Source: Ophelia neglecta
Lineage: Eukaryota
DNA length: 64,000 nt
Reading direction: 5' to 3'
Assembly: GCA_965285935.1 (NCBI GenBank)
Contig: OZ260661.1
Location: 129,394,001-129,458,000, forward strand
Each line of letters begins with the position of its first letter. Position 1 is the stretch's first letter. The notes beneath the pieces were generated by a model. It had not been told where the DNA came from, did not search any database, and saw nothing but the letters and a program-made list of their open reading frames with translations. The position numbers and the translations under genes were made by a program. Positions 37,836-51,569 of the stretch are shown here, in pieces.

Positions 37836-40800
37836 AGGTTGTTGGTGCAAGGAATACTATGGAGTTGGTGTGAGGGAGGGAGGGCAGAAAGAGCACAGAC
37901 AGGCAGACAGACACACAGACACACAGGAGAGAGAGGGAGATAGAGAAACAGTAACTATGTTTTACTGCTACCTTTTCCACTGGTAATTGCTAGACCGAAC
38001 GACTCATCGTTAGAAATATATAACCTTGGTGTCATTATGAGGGGCATCGTATTTTTTATTCTTTCAAAAGATAATAATAATCAGCATTAAAAACCAGGCG
38101 ATAAATTAATTCTGTCGCGTATCTTTTGTTTTTATGTCCGGCCTAATGTTCTGTTTTTCGATTTAGATAACCTTTGTTTTAATGGCAGGCCCGCATATTG
38201 TGTATTTCATATAATTAGTTACTAATTACGCAATGCCTCAATTCCGAGTATACGCTAATTTAAAGAAAAATGTCAACGTTAAGGTCTTGAACAAGTTTTG
38301 ATTTTAGTCCTGCATCATTTAGTGCCAATATTTGAGGCTATAATTGGGATTGGGCAAACAGTGAATAAACTTGCAAAGAAGAAAAAACTCATATGCTATA
38401 AGAGAAAGCCAACACTTTACTATAGTGTGAGAGGCAGCACCGATACGAGTCGGTGGTCAATAATTCAGAGATGAAATATGCCCTGGAAAGTGAAAAATGG
38501 TCTAAGCTCGTATTGTGGGGACGACAAATGAAGAAGTCTCAATAAACACAATACCAAATGGGGATGTAAGCTTAGTCTGTGAAAAGACTTCATCACTTTG
38601 CTGTCGGCCAAATTGCCATAAATCAGATAAAAACAACCTTATTGCAGATAAGTCCATGTGCACCTATACTTATTACAAATGCACGAACACTGCGACGTAT
38701 GACTTCTTAAGCAATTTCTTAAACAAATTAATTTTGTTTAACATATCATTGAAGAGTTTAATTGAATACATTTCACTTTCTTTATAAAATTCAAATAATA
38801 ATCATACTTTAGATTAGCTATTAATTATCACACATTGGTGGCTTCCGATATAAATTTAAATTCCAAAGGTGGTGTCCATGTCAATAGATATAGATAAAAC
38901 ATAATCTTAGGATAATTGTGCTATAATATAGCACGCGAGAATAGGAAACCTCTGGTTGTTTTAGCAAAGAGAAAATCATACTTCCCCCTAGTGCCTATAT
39001 AACCAACTCCAGGAGGAGTAAGGGTTGGGTAGCTCGCTGACAACATTGGGTTCTATAATAAAGCGCATTATAAGATATTATTGCAGTAGTTAATATCTAG
39101 TCCAAAATAAGATTTGATTCAATAATTTATTTTCGGTGGCATATATCAAGTGCGATAGGTTGACCTAGTAGAAATAAACTGGGCAATATAATGCACATGG
39201 TATTTACTTATTTGCATAATCATTAATAATATTCAATGCAATTTTTTGTGGGCCAGATACTATACTGTATCTTGCACTACAAATTTTGATTCCTGCGAAT
39301 AACTTATGACTTATATAATTTATCGTGAACCATATTTTCCAAGTTTATTTAAATTTAAAAAAAAATGTTTAAATGCCCTTTAACAATTAAGGTATTTGGT
39401 AGATCTTAGTCATGTGCCCACGTAATATATTTTCTGATAAATTTAAACCGCATCAAATGATATTTCTCGTATAATGATTTAACATTGCCCATTGCATTAT
39501 TTACTATGCAAGGGGCATGTCCAAGGCTCTGCGCAAAACGTTCAGCATACATAAACGCTGGTGAAACAAAAATACATCAGAAAATGTCATTCGCCATGCA
39601 GTTACCCTAGGCCTATGAATAGCCCAAACCTACATGATGACTGGGGTAGCCGTTTACTTCAGTTACCTTAATGATTTGTCTCCTGTCAGAAATGATAATA
39701 AAATAAGCTATGTCAGAGAGTTCTGACCCCCACAAAGGCACTAATGATATCAGCTCTCGTGCGAGGCGCATTCAATCTATAAATAACAGAACATTGTAGC
39801 TATCCATTCGTTTGATTCTAACCATTGTCGGAAACGAGGGTCTATATTTGCATCCGTAAAATGTCACATTGTCAACTACTGAAGGATTTACCCGTTGATC
39901 AATAACCGCTGTTCTAGAGCCAATCTGAACATTATTTAACTCAGCTGGGCGCTATACATGTTGTTACCCCAATCCCCATGCATGTGTATTGTATTATTTA
40001 CTATTCACTGTTTTAGTGTTGAATCGTAAACTGACTTCTGAAAAAAACGTAAACATTGTGTCATTGTCGGTTGAATGATACAGGATGAAATGTTAGAGTC
40101 TCATTTAAATGGAATCTGGTATTGTTTTACACATGAGAAGACCCTTACTTTGTCACATATCATTTAGGTCGATGAGCGATACCGGAAAGAAACTTATTAA
40201 TTCTGATGTAGGACAAGTAAGATAGATTAGAATAGTGTTCTCAGCGGAAGGTTCTAAAACCCTTGGGCTGATACCTAAACGTTATCCGACCATACGTTTC
40301 ACTGTCAGAACATAGTTTTTACCTGCAGAGATAACAAACAGACACGTTTATACGATAAGGTTATGAGACTCATCCGCTATATAGTCGTCTATGCGCTTTA
40401 ATAACAATATATCAAGTATTTCAATAATTATGATATATGTCTGAGTACTATTTCTGAACTTTATTTTGCTGTACGGTATGAACAATTACTTTCGCACACG
40501 AACTCGCCTCCAACAGCAAGAGTTAATTGTTACCTGGAGTAAATATAGGTGAGCGATAATAGCATAGCGTGGAATTGTTTAGGTGTCAGGACAGAAAGTC
40601 ATAGGCTTGGTTGTAGCAATTCATAAACAAACATTTCAATAGATTGCTGTGACAAGAAATACATGTTTATGTATCGGATACTATTAATACACTGAACATC
40701 TAACGGCTAAGTATGAACAATTTTATTTGCGCTGTAAGACAAATGGCATTAATCTCATTGATATAATGCAGATAATTGAAACAATACTTGTACATGTACA

Positions 40801-43109
40801 ATGTTTCCGCGACTTTCATACGCGCCCGGCATATGCAACATATATATTTAATAAAGAAAAATGTTTATTGCTCATGTGACATGTGAAGCGACAACCTCAT
40901 CACAGTCGGAAACACGTATCCATTAAAAATAAATGACACACATCTATTTGCATAGACGTTCATACAACATAACTGGGGCTCAATATTTACTAATGCATTG
41001 TAGATCAAATCGGAAGCCGGCTGTTCAAGTCATAATAAAACTAGTGCATTTAAGCTATATATGTCTACTAGTGAAAATGTCAGTCGCCTTGAACTAGACT
41101 TATAGTAAGCCACAAAGGGGACAGGATATATTTACCTCGTGGATCTACACGAGTTCATGGATACCTTGATATTGACCTGAGCGTAGTGTTGTGTCTGTAC
41201 CAATTATACATTCTTTGTGGCATTGTTATATCCTAAATAAAGTGATACCTTATCACATTATCACTATAGGTGAGTATCACGTTGTGACATGGCAATGTAA
41301 ATGGTGCAGCTGTGTTGTATGATTTTTGGTTATTGTGAGTGGTTAAACATACTCCCTACACAGTGCACACATGCTTCATTATTTCTTGGTGTTATCAAAT
41401 AAGCAGGTCTGTCCCATTTTGCCACAAATTACAACCTGTATGTTTGTAAAGAATACCAAGAAAAGTTTTATTTATCCCTATGCAACTGGCTATTTAATAT
41501 GCCAAAACCATATGGTCTGTCTTTAAAATGAAAATGAAGCATAAAGTAAACATGAATGCACGCTTTACATCCTTTGTGAACTAGTGATTTCATTCAGAAA
41601 GTTAATATCAAGTTTATGCGGAACCACACACAATCTAAAAAGGTTATGTGTTTCTTAACATTATAACGAGAAATCTCTTAATAAATAAAGCGATTGCATT
41701 GAAATTGTAAAATGGTTCTGGCCGAAAAAAATAACTATTGGTGTTTTGCTGGTTTAACACCTCAATTTGAGTTTGTGTTTTGCTCTTATTTGTGTTAGAC
41801 AACTGCTCACCAGATAATGCAGATTACTCAAATTCGACGCGGTTCATTATGACATCCGACGTAAATTTGCGTAGAGTGGTTTAAAAGGTATACTTGTACA
41901 AGTACCTCAGGCCTTTCCTCGATAGAATTCATAGAGCGAACTGTTCACTATAGCTACATGGTAGTTTTGATACATTCCGCATTCTCTATTATTTAAAAAA
42001 AAGCAAGCATGTTTATATTGCAATGATAATGGAACGGATCTAAAATCCGGCAGACTAACATTTATTCAGACGGTCAAAAGCAAGCTTTTTTAATTACAAA
42101 CCGATTAATTTAATCTGGCTTCTCATTCAGTATTAATGTCAATGTTGAAATAAGTTATATTAAAGCAATGAATAAAAAGACATGCAACTAAGAGAATGGT
42201 CAATTAGTCTAGTTGGACATGTCGTTGGACATTTAAATATGTAATGAAGTAATTCCGTTCGAGGTTTTGATAAAGTTAGTATTTCAACATATCGTGGCTA
42301 TGCTGTCGGACAAATGTACATTGTGCTCACTAACAGGTAGACTTAAGTGCAGCAGTTTTTAAATACTGGAAGACATAGCCCCAAAGCAGTGTTTCAGTGG
42401 GAAAAACTCAACTTGAAGTTAAAGTGTCAAATATCCACAGCTTATGGAAATAAGAGATGCCAATTTTTGATGTGCTCCTTGACGAACACGCAATGCTTGA
42501 TACCCGATTTTTGGGTTTTGATATATTTCTATTTTATTCTGTAAAAAACGGCAATAGGTTCTGGCTATGTAAATATGGGATTAAATACACGGTCATAAAG
42601 CATCGTGTAGGCGGTCTCCTGATATATTTATGTTCTGTCAATAGGACTCGTAAACAGTAAACGCCATTTTCAATTGCGTAATGGTTGATGTTGACTTGTA
42701 TATTTCCTACAGCATTTGATTTCACATCCACATGTTTGGGAGCATATTAAGTGCGTCTCTAAACATCGTAACAAGGTGATATTTACAATAACTGTGATTG
42801 TATCGTAAACTGTATCGTAAGAACCATGAGTGATAAACTGTTGTTTTCCTTGTACTTCAAGCAATATGAACCTGGTAATAGTTATACGAATAATGTATGC
42901 AAGTGAATTGACTACTCGGTTAAATTGCACTTGTTATATTTCCATCGAAACTTTACATTATACGATATCATATTCAAGTTACATTTGTACAAATAGAAAT
43001 AAAACCATTAATTTGCCAATATTTGCCACAGTATCGCCAATGATGTACTAGGGAATAGTTTGTTCATTGATCATTTAGCCACCAGGCAGGGGGGGATGTG
43101 TTTTCTAAA

Positions 43110-43500
43110 CATAAACAGAGACACTAATTATGCCATCAAGGAGCGCGTGTGGCAGTGTGCACCCTTTGCTGCCATGTTTTACATATGCGAGAGTGGCAGG
43201 CCTTGCTAAAGCATTTCCAAACGCTGAAGGTTATAATGAACGCGCGTCCAGGGATTGTGTGCTCTTGGAGGCGAGAGTTCCTGATGTGTATGCAATTGTT
43301 CGGGAAAGACACCGTTGCTTTGGGGCGAAAGTTTCTCATCAGGAAAACTTTGATGATTACTTTTTTTGTTACGCCCTTGAGGCAGCGGGTGTAGCAAAGT
43401 CAGACATGTTCAAGTTCTTTGAGACCCTTGATACACAGACTGATTATCTAAAGCATGGAATCAACCAGATTAGCAACCGTGTATTCTTAATCTTCGCCGG
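43110..43500 (+). mobile_element. Possible Academ-type transposase fragment
   Basis: AIKERVW..GYNER..LLEARVPDVYAIV..FGAKVS..F..YALE loosely resembles REG.W..NYAR..L...HP.VY..F..G.F.V..S...F....DQALE. Confidence 0.35.
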
Positions 43501-44034
43501 AACGCATAGCACAGGGGTTGCTTAACCCTAATCTTTTTAAGCACCTTATATTTTCTGACCCCTCGCCTGACTACGCTCGCACACCTATGGTTCACGTGGA
43601 TGCGTAGAGGGCAAATTCGCTGCAGGTGGAGAGTGGCAGGTAGGCATGTCTGCCTATTTCCCTCTGGAGAAATCAAGGATGAGATGTATGAATTATGTTG
43701 CTGTCCTATTACTGGCTTTAGGCAGCGAAATTGGGGCAGGGCGACATATGCGTTAACGACGTTATATAGAATAGGAGTTCACTACTTTTATGACATTACA
43801 AAAAGATAATTAGCCCATAAAGATTTACTACCCATAAATACTTTTGCTCGGCATGAACGTGCCGTCCGGCTGTACACTATACTAGTTGGATATTTTATAT
43901 TTGCGTATAATTAATTTTGTTTGGACAGAATTTTTTACCAACGACTTTCATATATATAGCATATTGTTGCATGCATCTCTGCCAATAAGTGAACCGCTGC
44001 TGCCGCCATTCTTGCTGCTCTTAATGCATTGCTA

Positions 44035-44120
44035 TATGTACTACCACGACTAGTACTACTACGATTAATACCACCACCAAAGACACTACCACCAACACTA
44101 CCACCACTATTACTACCTAT
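44035..44120. repeat. Degenerate (ACT/ACC)n microsatellite
   Basis: Runs of actact and accacc. Confidence 0.7.
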
Positions 44121-44619
44121 TTAAACTATCAATCGACGACCTTCAGTCATTCACGAATGATTTAGCACAAAACTCCCCTACGTAGGGATAGACAACTGTC
44201 AAAATAGTAAAACAGTAGTTACTTAATCGGTCTATACTAAATTATTGTTTTATATTTAAACTGAGCAGCTCAGTTTACTGTTTAGCCAACATGCAGCAGA
44301 ACAACAAATAAGGACGTATATTGCAGCCATTATGGTGTCTGCCTCTAAATTCATGTTTCGTGAATCATGTTTATGCCAGACGGTGCCCTTGCCAATGTCC
44401 TTTGTGTTTTAGTGAAAAGAACCAGACACATACTGATTGAGAAACAGCTGAAAGAATCTTTGAATTGCTCATATATATTGATCATGATTCCCCCTTATGT
44501 GATATATAGATCTCCATTTCCCCCATTCAATCCAAATATCGAACATTCCACTCGAAACAAAGCAGCCATTAATTGGTTTATTTATATAATGATCACCACA
44601 TTACTAGAATTAAAGCCAC

Positions 44620-45060
44620 CAAGGCAAAACCGAAAGAGCGTAAAAAAGAGCAATTCCATTTTGGACGAGCGCCAATGCATGAACTCTTAAATTATCTAAA
44701 TATGGGATTCGTTGCTATTATGCCTTTACATTCATCATCAAAATCGTTATGTTATCCGGATCGTCCCTGTATGCAGAAGGTCCTGATGATGGAATATGTC
44801 GACAAAACAGCATGTTCCGTTTCTCTTTGTTTCATTAACGCCATAGACCAAGGCATTTTCCATATAGTCCTAGAAAATATAGGCTTATTAAAGAAAAAAA
44901 CATCCGAAACAGGTTTAATAAAACAAAAACAGAATTGTCATTGTATTTTCTTGTTTCAGAAAGCATTAGGATTACTGTGGACGAGTCTGTGGAGAACCAT
45001 CTGGACCCAATAGGTAAGTGAATGCCACACAGAGCCAGGCAATTGAAAATGTAAAAATCG
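44620..45060 (+). mobile_element. Highly decayed non-LTR RT fragment
   Basis: SKYGIR, GICRQ..SLCFINAID, FQKALGLL and VNATQSQ follow the order K.GI.G / GVRQG..LF.LFINDL / LQ..L..L / VN..KT across frames. Confidence 0.4.
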
Positions 45061-48000
45061 ACCATTGCTTACGCGAATGAAGCATGTGTTGAACAAGTTC
45101 ATTCAACAACTATCTATCAGTCTGCCCTGCAAAGCAGTTTTATGTATTGACCATAGCAATGTCGACTTCGTGATAAGCATTCAGTGGGTAAAATACATGT
45201 TGAAACAGGCGGAGATTGTGAATATAATGGACACTTAACTATCTATATAAGGGACACTCAACTATCTAAATAATATAAAATGAAGGCTAATGTCTATGTT
45301 AACAGGTATTAATTATCACCGTACCGATATTTATGGTGTTCAACAAACTTTGGACTCTTATTTAAGCTCATTATATGTTGAAATTCATGTTATGACTTAC
45401 AAATTTGTTGGGTTTTTCAACCTTACATGAATTGATTTAGCTTTAACGATAAAACGCTTCATGAAACTGTAGTAAAGTCATTATTAGTTTGGTGCTTGTG
45501 GTGTTGTCCATAACTGGGTTGATATATCTCTGAGCGTTAGTATTTATTGCTGTGCTATATACAAGGATTTAACAGTAACACGGGTCAATTGTGGCTGTTA
45601 GCAGATAAGAAGTGGGTAATATTGTCTCTGTTGGTAGATAGTTATCCCGCTTGCGTCTTGCAATTGCACGATATTGATATCGCCAAGAACAGTATTGGAA
45701 TATCTCAGTTGAAGCCACCGTTTCATCAGATAAAGTAAGTTTTCTCCATGTATATGATATATCATATTTGTATGTAGGCTCTCACCAATATTTAGTATTT
45801 ATCGGCAATCAGTGACTTTTGTGACAGATATTTGCCCACGCATTTTTTGTGAAAATTCATCGAGACATCAACTAGATGCTAGGTACACCCTATTCTAACA
45901 GCATACAAATTTCTAAGGAATAATTTTCACTTATCATCACACGAGTACAAAAATAAATTTAAAGACATTTTGGTGTTTTATACCTAAATGACCCGCTAAG
46001 CAATGCCTATAATTCTAGTAATTAAACTAAGGTGCATGGTTAATGTGAACGCTGTTATTGGCCTTCATATAAAAGGCTTATATACCATGTCAGCTTGACT
46101 ATTTTAGTTCATATGTAAATCTAAACAGGAATGTTTCATGAAAAAGCTCGTACAGTACTTCTTCGAATAAATCAAAGTTAAATTGATCAATTAAAAAGAT
46201 TTTATGGATTATCACATAACTATGGAAATGTCACTTGTATAAACGATATGTAATCTAGACTTGATAGGTCGTAAATACTGATGTTCTACAGTTGTTAATT
46301 ATATTGATTTTAAATATGTTTCCAACTCCAGGTTCACACCTCACAAATGTTGCCTGGCTTGTACAGAAATTTTTTTTCCCGATGATTTCTTAACGATTTA
46401 AAGGACTGTTCATGGTTCTCCGCTGCCTGTCGTGTTTTCACTCCTATTTTTTTTATAAAACGATGATTTGGTTTCCACTTTTTATAAAACGATTGGGAAT
46501 TTTTTATGACCAGACAAGAACTGATCGATGACTAAGTGAGTTGTTGTTGACACAGCCTTCATTTTAGGGTTAGTAGATCAATCAGAGTTCGTCGTTTCAT
46601 TCAAATTGTGGTCTGAAACAATTAACCACGCAACCTATTCGGCGAGGATCATTAGGCACGACCACTCCTCTATTCGAACTTACGTATATAAGGGTGGGCA
46701 GAAGTATGCAGGGAATTGATTTCTCGGGTCAATAGATACAGGTATTAATGAACCCGTAAGTAAGTTGGTTCAAAGTGCATTTGTCTGATCCTGCCTCTGG
46801 ATGTTTGACGTCGAGATTATCAGCATCAAAACATGCTTGCTTAATGTCTTAGAAGAACAATGAACATTGTGCCCAGACCGTGGTTAACAACACAACTATC
46901 CATTTCTCTTCTTGCGGCATTTCTTCTGAGCACTAGCTTTGTTTAATCGAATGTCTAAAAAAACGAACAAAAGGGAGTTATTATGCCTGATTTACATGTA
47001 TTTTAAGCCGACATATAAAGGAATGGCAAATGAAAACAAGTAAAGAAATGGACATTTCTTTGGAAAGAAATAATTGGAGCATAATTATTTTTACTTAGTT
47101 ATGGAATGAATCGTGGTGGTGGACTGGCCGAGATCTATTGGGAAAGCAATGCAATTGACTATGGCCATGGTATAATATAGTCAAACAAATGTTAAGAGCT
47201 CTTTTGGTGCTCGCTATTTTCATGAATCAAGACAAGTACATATACTTTATTGCATTAATAAAGAAACATCATCTCTCGTTATGCCTTTAATGAAGGCATT
47301 ATTTTAGTTAAACCATCTGTAGTAAAGCCAATTTTGAATCCTAGCCGATCCGTCAATTGATAGAATAGCGCTTCAATTTTTTTGTCATATATAATATAAT
47401 ATTCAGTCCCTTATTGTTTGACATTGCTGCCTTTTTTAAAGTATATACGTGACCATGTTGATATAATTATGGCGGTTTTTTTTGTATGTCCAAGGCACAG
47501 TCGGCGGCCTAACATCTGGCATAAGATTGCCAAAATAATAGAATTTATATTTATATTTCTGTCTATTGGGATACATTGTCAGTACGCCTTTGAATATCAG
47601 GTTGGTTCCGACAGCGATAAAACAATTTCGTCAAATCAAGCTGTTTCGTTTTGTGATAAATAAACCGGGCACAATGTGGTTGCAAAATTGAGGGCAGGTC
47701 CGTTTTAGTAGCTTACTTGTTTTTCATTTGGTGGATTGCAGCATGTTGGGAGTAAAACAGCACGGGAGTCGATACCTGAATAATAATGCTCGAACATTGA
47801 TCACGAAAAATCAATACATTCGGTCTAAATTTGCCACGAACTGTCAGCTGCTGTCCCACAATTACCAATTCCCTTATTACTAACGGTAAATTAATCCCAA
47901 ATAAATTAATAAACAACAATTTTGATATCATTTGCAATGACAGTAGTAACTGGTTGTTAAACAAATTGAAGCCGGTAGAGTGTCAAAAGTGTCATTAATC

Positions 48001-51000
48001 ACCGAAAAACATAAACGATTATAGTACTTTATTTTCTGCTTGAAAAAAATATTGTGGGTTATACGGTGTGCCTTATAAAGTTCAACAGCACTTTGCTTCA
48101 ACCCCCCCCCACCCTTCCACTTCCACATCATCCTTGCTAATGGTCGTCGTTTGCCTACGGCGAATTCGGCCTCGGCTCCCTGAGTGCCATTGCCTTTAGA
48201 GTTTCGTTCCAGAGCCTAGTTTCCGGTGCGACATGTCCTAACGAAAGCCGCCTAAGCATACTTGTCTAAGTAGGCTAGGCGTCCATACAGAATCGAGTTA
48301 TGGTAGGAGCATTAATACGCCGTGGATGCAACACCGAGCCAACCGATAAGACCATTCAATGTAGTTGTGGGCTATAAATCACCCATTGACTGCCTTTTCG
48401 TCGTTCCGGGCATAACCTCGGTTGTCAGAAACAGCCTTTATAAGTCCATGTGGGCTATGAATGGGATTTGCAATCGTTCTATGTTAAAATGGATTTCACT
48501 GTCCCAGTCGACATCTCCTTAAATGTCTTGGATTTCCTTTGGTGTTTTTTACTGTCAAGCGATAAGAAAATTGCACACGGGTATGAGCGTTTCAATATGA
48601 ATGGCCGGTTTATGCTTTCTTCTGTTTCTTCCTGTAACATTAATATCAAGCATTGAATAAGATGAAACTAGGCAGATGAATACTGTTGGCCTCATAATGA
48701 GCATTATATATCTCCAATGGAGGCCAAATAAGCTGAATGAATGTCTGAACAGGCTGATATGAACAGACTTATTGGCGTAAAGATTACCTTACCTGCTTTA
48801 TTATGGGAAATGTTCCTTGTAGCGAGAATAATCTGCTATTTTCAGAATTTGATCCTGTCCACCGAGCTACTACAATAGAATGGCTTAGTGGCCCTAAATG
48901 AGGTCTGTGGCTTCTTGCTGGACAATGACCAGCTGAACTTGCTGTCCAATTCTCCATGTACTTCGTTGCCACACTAGTGTGCCATTTATTGACAGAGTTA
49001 TGATTGATAAGCTGGAAAAGATTTTTCGTTGATTCTGTCGTTACATATTTGGCAAGACGCCAAATGGTCCTTATCGTTTATTGCAAAAATGTGATGCAAT
49101 TGTAGCATTATCACTCTTAATATGAAACAAACTTGGAATACCGGTCATTTATATTAACCATTTTCCTACACAAGAATCCACTTCAGGGTACATTGCCAAT
49201 CTCATTAACCGCTATATCTCATTTAGACATTTGAGATCATAGTCAAAGCCACTTCTTGGCACCAATAGATCAAGAACTGTCATATATGAGAAAATGTGCT
49301 TCAGCCTGTCACTCTCATTTCTGTGGAATCCCCGGCCTGGAAACTTTAAGACGACACCTAGCTTATTCTGTTTAAATCGGTTAAGAACCGTATATTATTT
49401 CGTAATTATATGCATTTCTATGCATTATTATCAATATTTTTAAATGCGGGGAGGGGGGGGGGGGGTTGCACAGGGTATAGGGGTGGTGACACATAATGTT
49501 CTAGAATGAATTCGGATATTGCTGTGTGTTATGTCATTTACATTTATTTTCATCATATGTTAATCTCCGTGTTCTTCATGCTTAGCCACATTACTTAATG
49601 GTATAAAAGTACAACTGTAAACTCCTTCTCAAGACAAGGCATAGTATTTTATTTGATAGTGTTGGGGTGGATGTGAACTGTGGTGAACATGGGCCGATTC
49701 AAATTTCATTTCGTCATACATTTTCTCTGTATATTGACTGTTGTACATTTATAGCAGGCATCTCAATAGTACTGGATACATCCCAATATCCGAATGAGAA
49801 ATGTATGATCAGTGTGACAGTTGGCAATTAAGCTAACATTGCTTTTTTCAAAAGCCATGTCAAACAACAATTTATCTTCCTAAAACTGGCTGGAATTGCT
49901 TTGAAAGTGGCAGCTGTTTTGCAGCAAATTTGCTTATAAAATGTACATCACATAATCGTCTTGTCTCGGGAATTCTCCCCTTTTCTCCCCAGGTATATTA
50001 ACACCATCTTGTTATAAATAAGGCTTTTACATGACAGTACCCTGGACGAAAATTAAATCAAGCATGTGTAGATTGTATAACAGCGCACCGCGGTGTGATA
50101 TTTCATTTTCGTTATTGAACCACAAGGGAGTTAAGGTAAGTACCGCGGATGTTATCCGATTTTCTACCAGCTGCCACAGAACGCTCATATCGTCCGTCCT
50201 GGGAATACAAATAGCATTATGCATTGTTATAGTCCGTGTTTAGTGTTGTAAAGTGTCATCCAAGGGTTTTTCTTTTAGTATGTTTTAGGCTTGAGTAAAA
50301 TGCCATTTGTATTCCCTGTGTCTTCCTATAAACACATATTTTCCTGCCGGTATTTGGTTGAGTATAGTATAGTGAACGAGACTGGCGATGTTCATTCTTC
50401 TCGCAAAGGAGAACTCTCACAAGGTAACTCTGAGTGTGGTAAACTATCAGAAAAACAAATTCATGAGATTAAAATTTCGGTAATTTGTTACTATTGTTAG
50501 ATCTAAGAAGGATTTATTTGTAAACTCATTTACTCTCGCTCTAAATCCTGGGTTTCGTCATAAACGCCACAATACAAGGAAAGCCACAATCCACTGGTTC
50601 CAGACACATAATCTATTCGTATTGCAGAACGTCGCTCACATATACAAATTCGTGTGCTTGGCAACCGGAAAAACACATATGGGCACACTCTGTAACAATT
50701 GATAGGCAGCTGTGGGCCTTTCGATCCCTGGCCACGCGTTCGTCGTCATGCAAATGTTTATGTCAATGTAGTTTCTTTAACTTTGATACATTCCAAGCAC
50801 ACTGGGCCTTTTATTTGGGTAATTTCATGCGAATGTTTACCAGTGTAAACATTCGAGTACTACTCGATAGCCAGTATTTTCTTGCAACATCCTATTTGTG
50901 TGATCTCGACCATTATTACTGGTCATTTCTGTGCTAAGGGTTGACTAAGGTCGTTTCTGTAGTATGTAGGATGTTTTTGTGATAAGGGATAATCCCATTC

Positions 51001-51569
51001 ATTTGCTATGTCCGGCCATCACCTCTGTTCCTGTAAATGTATATAAGTTTTGATTTAACCAGTAGATGACGCTAAGATCACATCACATCCTTGTCTTCTG
51101 GCATTAGTGACTTGCATGGTCACGCTAACGCCGGTTTAAAGTCACATAACGTCTCCTAAGCTGCTCAAATATGGACTTTTATTGGCAGCTGTCACCTTCG
51201 AAGTCATCACATGAATAAAACATGGCCTCCAAGGAGCCATTGAGAAATTTGCAGAGCAAGGTCTTTTAAATTAAATGTCTCTCATAGGTGGAGAGGTGAC
51301 AGAGTGATAACTGCTGTAGTACAAAGTGACTGACATTTTTGTTATGGGCGCATGAATACATTTAATGTGCTCATATAAAGTGTCCTACACGGCGTGTGCT
51401 CGCATTGCTGTGCAAGATATATAAATTATATGGTGGTAGAACGCATCTTACATAAATGTATTCAAGTCATAACTATTCTTCGAAAGAGTGTATGATGTTT
51501 AAACAAGGAATTTGATGCATAAAATATGTGTGTATATGTTGCCTTATCGCTGTTATGAATGATAAAACT

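Noticed and set aside
41150-41400. Penelope GIY-YIG fragment on minus
   Set aside because: Only a vague C..NVI pattern across frameshifts.
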